From positions 889,665 through 953,664 of the forward strand of contig CAWAEO010000002.1 in NCBI GenBank assembly GCA_963780885.1: a stretch of DNA of 64,000 nucleotides, given 5' to 3'. The DNA comes from Nitrospirota bacterium (GTDB lineage Bacteria > Nitrospirota > Thermodesulfovibrionia > Thermodesulfovibrionales > Dissulfurispiraceae). Of the stretch, positions 44,368-52,670 are shown piece after piece. Below the pieces are notes generated by a model. It searched no databases and was not told where the DNA came from. It saw only the letters and a list, made by a program, of their open reading frames with translations. The position numbers and the translations under genes are program-made. Each line of letters starts with the position of its first letter. Position 1 is the first letter of the stretch.

Positions 44368-44577
44368 TTACTCGCCGCCTGAACAAGAGGACATCTCTTT
44401 TTCAATAATTATAAGCTCCTCTACTATATGCTCCAAGATCAACGTAAGTCCGTAATCGCCGCCAAGGGTGGAGAATTCAAAATGGTCGGACTGAGAAAAG
44501 CTGTCATGAAGAAAGGCCAGTTTCGCCCTCGCATGTTTCAGCCTCTCTACGTTATCCATCAGGCGCTCTTCATTCAT
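44368..44577 (-). CDS. Hypothetical 69-aa protein, last gene of the AAA+ cluster
   Basis: The RBS ggagggg lies 5 nt before the ATG. No family recognised. Confidence 0.45.
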   Translation of the reverse strand: MNEERLMDNVERLKHARAKLAFLHDSFSQSDHFEFSTLGGDYGLTLILEHIVEELIIIEKEMSSCSGGE

Positions 44578-44805
44578 ACATTCCCCTCCATATGTTATCC
44601 TGCATTCTTAAAAGATCAAACTCTTTCCCTGGCCGGATGTTATAAGGAAAGGGCAAGGGGTTACACGTTCTCCCCTTCGCTTTGCTCCCTGCCACTTTCC
44701 GCCTTCTCCTTATATAGATAGTTTTGGGCCATACGGGTCCATGCCCCCACTTAATCCTTTGCATCCCCGGTGGGTACGCAAGCCATTTCCTGTCCTCCTT
44801 TGATA

Positions 44806-46077
44806 TCACATCCTGAAGCCGTGGAGTCGCCTGTTTTCGTCCTCAAGTGGCTTATTGCCCGTTAGTATCTGCTGTTTGAGTACGTCAAGCGCTGCATAGA
44901 GGTCATTGTTTATGATTTCCTCCGTGCCCCTGTCAACGCTAATCATTGCCGAAAGCAGATAGAGCTCCTTAAGGTAAGCCATCGAAAACCCCTCGGTCTT
45001 GGCGACAAGATCCATCAATACCCCGTCCTCTATCGAGTCATTGAGGTACTTTTTCAGCATTCTGTGCCGGCAGTCCTCATCAGGGCTGTTAATGCGGAAT
45101 ACGCTATCGAACCTGCTGGGGCGGTTGCTCAAGGCGGCATCTATATCCTCGGGCTTGTTAGTTGTAGCAAGCACCATGATGCCATCCAGGGCCTCAAAGC
45201 CGTCTATCTTGTTGAGGAAATAGCTCAGCGAAATGTGGGACTTGTTTATTGAATCAAGGTCCTCAAAGCACAGTATCGCGGGAGCGAGATCTTGTGCCAG
45301 TTCAAAGGCACGGTCTATGTCATGGTCCGATGCGGAATCCGTCAGCGGAAACAGGACAAAGGGCAGATTGCATTGCCACGCTATGGCCCTGCATAGAAGA
45401 GTCTTGCCGTTCCCCGGTGATCCGGCAAGGAGAATGCCTCTCTTATAGGGAATGGAGAGACGCTCATAGATGTGCCTGCTTTTAAGGAAGCTTTCAATGC
45501 TGAGCCGTATTTTTCTATACATACTCTGAGGTAGAATGACATCCTCCCACCTGACCTCGTCCATGGTCTTTTCTTCACCATCGAAAATGATCTGTTTCTC
45601 CCGCTTTATTCTGGCGGCATAATTGAGCTTTACGCCCCTGATAAGTTCATTCACCGATTCAATGTTCCTGTATGCCACAAAAGTAAGGCGTTTTGACATT
45701 CTTTCAAAGGGGCCGTAAATATAGATAAAAATTTCGCCGGTGTTATCAGGGTTCAGGTGGAATATTCCGAAGTTAGTGACATTGTTGGCCTGACAACCTT
45801 CCACCACCAGGAATCCCCTTACCGGCAGTTCGCTGCAGTCAGGGGCGCTGAATCCCTTGACAGTGTAGGGGATGCCCTTGTCCCTCAGATAGTGCTCAAA
45901 ATTATCGATGACGTTATCATTTTCGTTCAGTGTGGCAAAGCTGTAGTCATGCCAGTCTTTGCCATAGAGGAATCCCAGGGCATTTATAAAATATCTGAAT
46001 ACCAGCTCATGCATTGACGAAGTCCCGACAGATGCGGACGCCTCGGCCAGAAGAGTTTCTAAAAGCTTTACGATCAC
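44806..46077 (-). CDS. Classical AAA+ ATPase (Cdc48/FtsH-type module) with a unique N-terminal domain
   Basis: 423 aa. Contains GILLAGSPGNGKT (Walker A), ILCFEDLD (Walker B) and VLATTNKPEDIDAALSNRPSRFD (sensor 1 / Arg finger region). Confidence 0.8.
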   Translation of the reverse strand: MIVKLLETLLAEASASVGTSSMHELVFRYFINALGFLYGKDWHDYSFATLNENDNVIDNFEHYLRDKGIPYTVKGFSAPDCSELPVRGFLVVEGCQANNVTNFGIFHLNPDNTGEIFIYIYGPFERMSKRLTFVAYRNIESVNELIRGVKLNYAARIKREKQIIFDGEEKTMDEVRWEDVILPQSMYRKIRLSIESFLKSRHIYERLSIPYKRGILLAGSPGNGKTLLCRAIAWQCNLPFVLFPLTDSASDHDIDRAFELAQDLAPAILCFEDLDSINKSHISLSYFLNKIDGFEALDGIMVLATTNKPEDIDAALSNRPSRFDSVFRINSPDEDCRHRMLKKYLNDSIEDGVLMDLVAKTEGFSMAYLKELYLLSAMISVDRGTEEIINNDLYAALDVLKQQILTGNKPLEDENRRLHGFRM

Positions 46078-46132
46078 TATATCCTCCTGTTGGTAGATTG
46101 TTGTTGAAGCCGATAATAGGAAATGTTAAAGC

Positions 46133-46861
46133 TCAGGGCTTTCTGATGGCTTTAATGCCGGCTATAATATCCGGTTCCCGCATAAACATCTCGGAAGTCA
46201 CAATAATATTCTGTTTAATGGCATGCACAAACGGATATAACCCCCAAACTATTGATCCAATAGCTCCCAGCGCATAAACCAGAATTGTTAGCCTATTGGT
46301 TGCAACGCCGTATTTCATGTCATCATACGTGTTGAGAACGGCGCTTATTTTCCGTATTGAGTCCACTTTCTCGGTTTTGGTCGTAAACTTCTGGTCAACC
46401 AGCATATCCATCACAAAGCCTTCCTTCAGCCACTTTACGGCTAAACGTGGACCTTCGGCTACAGCAATTAAAAACCACTTGGTTACTGATGCCGGGATAT
46501 CCGCAGAGTCATCCAGTTGGTACTTAGACGCATGCCAAACATACTTCCATGTAATCCATATGCTGACGATCACAAACAATAACAGGTTAGCCAGAAGCCA
46601 GAATGCTAACCCCTTCAGCATTTCCTCGGAAGAAAAACTCAGTATAACCGTCCAGGCGTCTTCAAGAAATCCGGCAATCCTGTCCCGCATATGAGCGCTT
46701 CCCAAAATCAGGGCCAAGATCAGAGCCGTGTACCCTTTAATCGTAATCGATAAAAGCATCTGCAACACCGAGGGGTCTGCCTCTGCAGCTTCCGATGACC
46801 TCTCAGCCAATTCTTCAAATGCCCTTATAACACTCACCTGTGTCGTCCCCCTTTTTATCAT
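46133..46861 (-). CDS. Hypothetical multi-pass membrane protein upstream of the AAA+ ATPase
   Basis: 242 aa with three to four hydrophobic helices. No family recognised. Confidence 0.5.
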   Translation of the reverse strand: MIKRGTTQVSVIRAFEELAERSSEAAEADPSVLQMLLSITIKGYTALILALILGSAHMRDRIAGFLEDAWTVILSFSSEEMLKGLAFWLLANLLLFVIVSIWITWKYVWHASKYQLDDSADIPASVTKWFLIAVAEGPRLAVKWLKEGFVMDMLVDQKFTTKTEKVDSIRKISAVLNTYDDMKYGVATNRLTILVYALGAIGSIVWGLYPFVHAIKQNIIVTSEMFMREPDIIAGIKAIRKP

Positions 46862-47137
46862 AAACTGCTCCTATTTTTAGCTTACAATATTGGTCCTGAG
46901 GCATTTTTTGAGGATTACCTTTTCATCACGGACAATATGGTTTTTTTGGGTGATAGGACTCAACCATCGTTATGTCCTCACAAACTTTACCGAACATCCT
47001 GATTACTTTGCTGGGTGAAAGTTGAAATGCTCAGCTATACGCGGAAAAACAAGTCTGAACATCCAGCCCTGTATCCAATGTGCGTAGATTCAAAGCGGTA
47101 TATTGCTTTTTCGACATGCTTTATATATATTCAGTCT

Positions 47138-47758
47138 ATGTGGCTAGTTCCGGTAATAAAATTATTTTTAATATTCGTAATTGTCATAGCGGTGTTCATG
47201 ATGTTCTTTGTTTTTTCAAAAAAAAGAGAACCGGAAGAACAAAAAACTATTCAACAAGGAAACGAAAACAAAAAAACGAAGGAGCGGGACGAATGGGAAT
47301 TCCTTCACTCTCCAGGAGCTGAGGAAATAAACGACCCGGCACTTGCGCCAACAAATGAGGATACACCATATAAGAAGGCGGCCTCACTTCTGACAACGAC
47401 AGAGGGAAAATTTCATTATGTGTTAGGTCTCGTGATTCAAGACAAGTATGTAATACAGTCAAAAGTGGGACTAAAAGATATTGTCAAGCTAAAGAACAAG
47501 GACGACATGACTAATTTCAACAGAATAGCCAAGAAGCACCTTGACTTCGTTATATGCAACAAGCGTTATTTAGAGCCACTATGTGCAATAGAATTGGACG
47601 ATCGTACTCACAGATGGGCGAGCTCAAAGAAAAGAGACGCAGTGAAGGACGAGGTCATGCAGATGGCAGGCATTCCCCTCTATCGTTTCAAGGTGCAACC
47701 ATATTATGATCAAGGGATGATAAAGGAACGCCTCAGGAAATCGTTAAGCGATATTTAA
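47138..47758 (+). CDS. Membrane-anchored DUF2726-like protein (restriction-endonuclease-like fold)
   Basis: The start is uncertain; the ORF opens at 47015 and I chose MWLVPVIKLF. The TM helix is followed by HLDFVICNKRYLEPLCAIELDDRTH, typical of DUF2726 as I recall it. Confidence 0.6.
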   Translation: MWLVPVIKLFLIFVIVIAVFMMFFVFSKKREPEEQKTIQQGNENKKTKERDEWEFLHSPGAEEINDPALAPTNEDTPYKKAASLLTTTEGKFHYVLGLVIQDKYVIQSKVGLKDIVKLKNKDDMTNFNRIAKKHLDFVICNKRYLEPLCAIELDDRTHRWASSKKRDAVKDEVMQMAGIPLYRFKVQPYYDQGMIKERLRKSLSDI

Positions 47759-48222
47759 AGATGCGCTTGCCACTTTTCTGGCGTTTGCCTTCGGCTCCCT
47801 ACTTAGCAGACGTTCATCACAGAATGATTTGCTCACAGAAGCCAATAGATTCAGATTGCCGCAACTGTGTGCAGAGTATTATCGGAAATGATTACCCTAG
47901 GTTGCGAAGTTAATAAGAAACAGATTTTATAAGTCGCTTCGGTTAAGCTGTACTCCCCATAATCGTGAACGAATCTCTTCGCACAAAAGTGTTCCTTTCA
48001 ACCGAAGTCAACACCTCGGCCAGCTCACCAAAAATGTTAACTTTGGAACTGTCAAAATCGGATTCTCGGGTATTTATAGGTCGCAAAAAAACATTCTTTC
48101 GAAAAATGCTGCATACTGCCCCTTTAAAACTAGCAGAATCAACATAAAACGTTATTTTCGATCTACAAAGCTGTTTTAATGATTCCCCTGGCTATGTATG
48201 GTTAGCTTGCCCAACCGAACCT

Positions 48223-50229
48223 CTATTCAGTATTCTTTTCTTTGATCCAAGAATCGGGGATTAGAAACTCCTCGTGACCCTTACGCCAGTTCCCTACGAG
48301 ATGAACGTGGGGAATCCCTTCCCAAGTGATAGAACCTGCATGTTCGGTCACAATCACCTGAAATTGATGCGCAACCACATCCATAAAATGAGATAGAGCA
48401 CTGAAGATACGGCGCACACCCTCAATATCCGGTGAACCATCAACTGTATCTCGTCCACTTGGAGTTTGTTCCATTGAAGGCCATGCCTCTGGGAAATAGA
48501 CTTGGCTTGGTTGATCGATGACAAGAAAGCGTGGCACCGGATTAAGACTGGACGTGAAGAAATACTCATGAAGGGCCAGCAAACCAGCGACGTGATATCC
48601 GACCCAGTTCTGCCCACTGCCAACTTCCCAAAGAAAATCGGTCCGGCCAGAAAGTCGGCCAAATTGTAGGCTCAGTTCACGAATGTTGAGGCGTACGTTT
48701 TCAGTCGCATGCTCGAGCTGTAGGAGTTTTGCATAATCCGAAATTTTAGCAGATACGGTGTCGACTGCGGCGTTCAACCGTTCGCGATGCGTACGAGGAT
48801 CAAGCTCCCGCTTTAGTTCGGCAATTTTGCGTGCTAACGTTTGCACCTTGGAGCGAAGTTCATCAACGTTGCGGCTAGCGCTTACATTCTCCAAAGCTTG
48901 CTCCACACGACCAACGAAAAGATAAATTTGTCTGACGTGTTGTCGCTGCGCAGACAACTCTGCCGAACGTCCCTCTAGAAATTTACGCTTTTTTGTGGCC
49001 TTGGAGATAGCGCCTTCACGCTCCCGGAGTTCCTGACGTAACACCGCAAGCTCCTGATCAAGCTTAGCGGGGGCTTGCTGCACGGACACAGTTAGCGACT
49101 TCAATTGTCGAGCCAACATTTGTAGCTCTGCAAGACGAGGATTGCCATCGGGGTGCACCGCAGCGCAAACTGGACACTCATGAGTGTTTTGCAGTTTTTC
49201 CTCAAACCAGCCAACGCTTTGCATCCGGTCTTCCTGGCTTGTGAGTGCCAAGCTGTATTCATCAACAGAAGACGAAAGCTGATCCAGCTTGCTCAGGCGG
49301 CGACGAATGGAGCCAATTTCCTGTGCCAGTCGATCCTCTTCGTTGATTAGAATGGTCAACTCAGTGACCGCAGCCTCGCTGGTCCCTTCCTGAATATCAG
49401 GTATGTCCATAGTACGGATAGTCTCAGGGACTTTTTGTAATTCCATAATGTATTTGTCTAAAGACCAGCCGGGTTCGGGTGTTTGTGAATTTGGTAGAAG
49501 TCCGAGAGTTCGCGCCTGCATGTAATAGCTTTCAATCTCCGCTTCCCACACGCGAGCTGCATTAAGACGGGCTTCTAATTCACGCCGAAGTTGATCATGC
49601 TCCCGCTCAGTGTCTTTTAACTCACGTTGTTTGGCAAGTGTGCTTGCATCAATGGCCCCGAGCACAAGAGGAAAAATTATGCGCAGTTTTTCACGATGCT
49701 CGGTGGTATCAGCTTTGTAGAAGAAAGTGTAGGGATTTGCCACAATATGTTGAGGCTGAAAGGTAAACGCTGCCATGTCACGAAAGCTTGGTCGCGCGCC
49801 AAACCCGACATACTCATCCGAAGAAAAATCAAGAGAAGGAAGATGAGATATTTGATTGAATCGATTTTTTAGGTCGTCTACGCGAGCATTTTTTTCGACG
49901 ATTATCGGGACAGATAACTTCAATCCCTCTGCCCAATAAAGATCACTCGTGGCTTGCTGATCCTCCGGATTGCGCCGAGCTACAATCATTTCGGTGTTGG
50001 CCAGTTGAAGGTGGAGACCAAACCAACCTGTCACATCACGAATCAAGCCGACTGGGATAGAGCATTTTCCACTGCCGAGACAATAGTCTATAATTGAGAT
50101 CAAGGTAGACTTGCCTGTTGCACTCTCTCCAGTAATAACATTGATCTTCCTAGGACTAAAAGGTATCACACGTGGGTTGTGTTTGACATCTTTCGGCCAA
50201 AGAATAATTTTTAGAATTGCGATTTTCAT
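48223..50229 (-). CDS. ABC-3C system ABC/SMC-like ATPase (DUF3732 type)
   Basis: 668 aa. Contains an N-terminal INVITGESATGKSTLISIIDYCLGSGKCSIP and a long central coiled coil. The C-terminal FLVIDQPSQVYFP is the Walker B/D-loop region. Confidence 0.8.
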   Translation of the reverse strand: MKIAILKIILWPKDVKHNPRVIPFSPRKINVITGESATGKSTLISIIDYCLGSGKCSIPVGLIRDVTGWFGLHLQLANTEMIVARRNPEDQQATSDLYWAEGLKLSVPIIVEKNARVDDLKNRFNQISHLPSLDFSSDEYVGFGARPSFRDMAAFTFQPQHIVANPYTFFYKADTTEHREKLRIIFPLVLGAIDASTLAKQRELKDTEREHDQLRRELEARLNAARVWEAEIESYYMQARTLGLLPNSQTPEPGWSLDKYIMELQKVPETIRTMDIPDIQEGTSEAAVTELTILINEEDRLAQEIGSIRRRLSKLDQLSSSVDEYSLALTSQEDRMQSVGWFEEKLQNTHECPVCAAVHPDGNPRLAELQMLARQLKSLTVSVQQAPAKLDQELAVLRQELREREGAISKATKKRKFLEGRSAELSAQRQHVRQIYLFVGRVEQALENVSASRNVDELRSKVQTLARKIAELKRELDPRTHRERLNAAVDTVSAKISDYAKLLQLEHATENVRLNIRELSLQFGRLSGRTDFLWEVGSGQNWVGYHVAGLLALHEYFFTSSLNPVPRFLVIDQPSQVYFPEAWPSMEQTPSGRDTVDGSPDIEGVRRIFSALSHFMDVVAHQFQVIVTEHAGSITWEGIPHVHLVGNWRKGHEEFLIPDSWIKEKNTE

Positions 50230-50717
50230 TAGAATTTAATCTCCAAGTGCTTGACAAGTTGAACAATTGAAAGTTCAGCAAAAGTTTGTCCGACCCGCTT
50301 TGCGGCTTTTAAAATAATTTTGACATCATCAGTGGTATGTGTGACTGGCGGTGCTTTCTTACCAGGGATCAACTGGCGCTGTTCGTCCTGATCTAACCTT
50401 AGAAGCCCGGTCGAGAAGCCGATAGAAAGTGCGTGAAAAGTGCGTTCTGATAACGCCTGCATCCGCATCTGGAGGCCAACAGTAATTTCACGATCATCAG
50501 CAAGTGCCTTGTAGATCGCTCCTGGTTGACTTTTGGCAGCCAATGCTGTCGCGGTGCGCTGGTGGAAGGTAAGCGGCAGGACAAGAAACACCAAAGGAAA
50601 GGGCACGCCCTCCGTTCGACCTTTACTTTCGTAAGCTTCATAAACTGCCTGCCAAATCGCTTCGGCTGCCAGGCCAGTGTTCTGGATTATCCGCTGTTCA
50701 AAAAGGACGTCGATCAT
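50229..50717 (-). CDS. ABC-3C middle component
   Basis: 162 aa. The stop and start overlap both neighbours. Size and position match the middle component of three-gene ABC-3C loci. There is no independent motif. Confidence 0.6.
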   Translation of the reverse strand: MIDVLFEQRIIQNTGLAAEAIWQAVYEAYESKGRTEGVPFPLVFLVLPLTFHQRTATALAAKSQPGAIYKALADDREITVGLQMRMQALSERTFHALSIGFSTGLLRLDQDEQRQLIPGKKAPPVTHTTDDVKIILKAAKRVGQTFAELSIVQLVKHLEIKF

Positions 50718-51904
50718 GACATATCCTTAAGTTCTCGCATAAGGTCCTCGAATCTAGGATGCCACCCGACCCGAAGCATATTTGCCAACTGATGATAGGT
50801 CCCTGAGGTCAGATATACCTGTTCGGTGTCAGTTCCAGCGAGTTTTTCACGGTGGTCTTCTGTAGTATCTGTAAAGATTTCAAAACCAACATCTTCTTCT
50901 GTTGTTGACTGAGACATTCGTATGACTCGCGCGCGTATTTTTTCCCACCGGGTCTTCAATGTGGTTTCAAAAGCCTTCCAATCGTCATCGGTGACATTCC
51001 CCTCCTTGGATAGGCGCATTTTTTCTATATTGCAGCGAAGAAATTCACGAATTGAGTTGTCTACGACGCTGTCATCGTCGGTCACTAAATAGATCTGCTT
51101 CACAAAAGGGCTCCCTTTCTCCTGCCCAATTTTTTCGTCCGGGACTGGTATGAGGTTCTCTGCCCGTTCACGTATAATTTGTCTTTTACGACGATAGATT
51201 GCGGCGTGAAGCTGGTTAACAAAATGATCCCGCTGAATCCAAGCTGGTTTGTTTTGCTGCCAAGCAGTTAAGGCCTCCCTATGTAACCATCCCAAAAGTT
51301 CATCGACAATTGAATCAGAATCTGCTGAGCACCATTCGGGTAGTTGTAAGAAACCGATGGTCTTCTTTCGTAGTTCCAGTCCAGCCGAATGATCCGATGC
51401 ATCTACCAATTCGCTTCGCTCAATGAGTTTTTTCAGGCTTGAGCGTGAAGTCGAGTTCAGAACACGTTGCATCAGCATGGAAATTTGTCTCGGTGGTGAT
51501 TTGGCCGCCGCTTCCAACTCTGCAATGCAGGCCATAACCTGCGCATCGGATTCAGCCAAGCCGATATTCCGAGCGATACATTGTGGCAACACCTTGTTCG
51601 TTACCATTAAGAATCTGGTTGTTTCGGCTTTAACTTCTCCGGTGTCCAATGCCTCAATCCAAATCGACAATGTGTTCCACAGATCCTTGGAACGGTCACC
51701 GAACGGCTTTACATTACCCTGAATAGAGTGCTTATCCTGTTCTAATAGCTGCGAACCGTCAGCACCTCGTCTGGCGACATCATCTTCGGTCTCAATTCCG
51801 ATTGCAAAGCCCGCCGGGCTCTTCGCCAACCAGAACAAGGCTCGTTCAAACTGGTATATGAAAGCTGCATTTGATCCGGGGGCTGAATGTTGTTGTAGTG
51901 TCAT
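50714..51904 (-). CDS. ABC-3C effector: N-terminal Cap4/DUF4297-like PD-(D/E)xK nuclease plus a C-terminal ABC-3C domain
   Basis: 396 aa. Contains GSNAAFIYQFERALFWL...IGIETEDDV...LLEQDKHS (a D/E...E-x-K-like core). Confidence 0.6.
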   Translation of the reverse strand: MTLQQHSAPGSNAAFIYQFERALFWLAKSPAGFAIGIETEDDVARRGADGSQLLEQDKHSIQGNVKPFGDRSKDLWNTLSIWIEALDTGEVKAETTRFLMVTNKVLPQCIARNIGLAESDAQVMACIAELEAAAKSPPRQISMLMQRVLNSTSRSSLKKLIERSELVDASDHSAGLELRKKTIGFLQLPEWCSADSDSIVDELLGWLHREALTAWQQNKPAWIQRDHFVNQLHAAIYRRKRQIIRERAENLIPVPDEKIGQEKGSPFVKQIYLVTDDDSVVDNSIREFLRCNIEKMRLSKEGNVTDDDWKAFETTLKTRWEKIRARVIRMSQSTTEEDVGFEIFTDTTEDHREKLAGTDTEQVYLTSGTYHQLANMLRVGWHPRFEDLMRELKDMS

Positions 51905-52227
51905 ATTACGCTTCTAACCTTATAGATGCATGATGGATCGCCTCCATCGACAGTGTTGGTACCGCGCTTCTTGCTTGTGAGCAGGTTTTGCATCAGGGAC
52001 ATTTTAAGGTGTTTTGTTTTGGCCAATTGTTATCCGTCCCCTTCGAGTCAAAAAACTGATTAATAATAATATGTTATGACGGTTAAAAACAAGACCTATT
52101 TGCAGATATGTCGGAACCTAAGGCGTTCCTGCCGTGTTGAGAGATTATGAGGGAGTTTTTCGTTGGAGAACTTTTCACGGACACTCTCAGTTAGCATCGC
52201 AAATCCGCAGCCCTGGGATGATCGTTT

Positions 52228-52455
52228 CAGTGAGGGTTAGCAGGGTGGAGCAAATTTAATCAGGCTCTCCGCTGTGGTCGCAGGTTCGGGACAAAGTTAA
52301 CAGTAAACGTCGGCCTTGATTTTCTGACACCGTTTATTTCCGATCTCTGAACACTGTCTCAAAATCCCCCTAAAAAATGACTTCCTGGAAGCCTTATTTT
52401 TAGCCGTTCCAACTGGTCTGTTTAAGTGTCTCAAAATCAGATGATTTTGAAACGA
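52228..52455 (-). repeat. Conserved ~210-bp noncoding element, copy B, upstream of the ABC-3C operon
   Basis: It is the reverse complement of 24628..24838 (see there). It contains a near-perfect hairpin gtttcaaaatca-tc-tgattttgagac. Confidence 0.85.
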
Positions 52456-52670
52456 TTTCTCTCGCTCAAGCCGACTTGTGATAGAGGATGAGTCGTAACC
52501 ACTATCGACAACAGACGAGGCTCCGCCATTCAAAATATTAGAAGCAAGAACGCGGCTTCCACCCTGAAAAACCGCACTGTGAATATCGGGCCGAATGCGC
52601 TTATTTCCGGGAAGAACTCCTCATTATGGACTCGGCGACGGACTATGGTGTTAGTGCTCACTAATAACCT

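Noticed and set aside
44570-44809. A 79-aa ORF overlapping the stop of the AAA+ ATPase
   Set aside because: It has an Arg/Lys/Pro/Gly/Trp-rich composition, no RBS at a proper distance, and GC-rich hairpins in the region. It is more likely an intergenic spacer or terminator.
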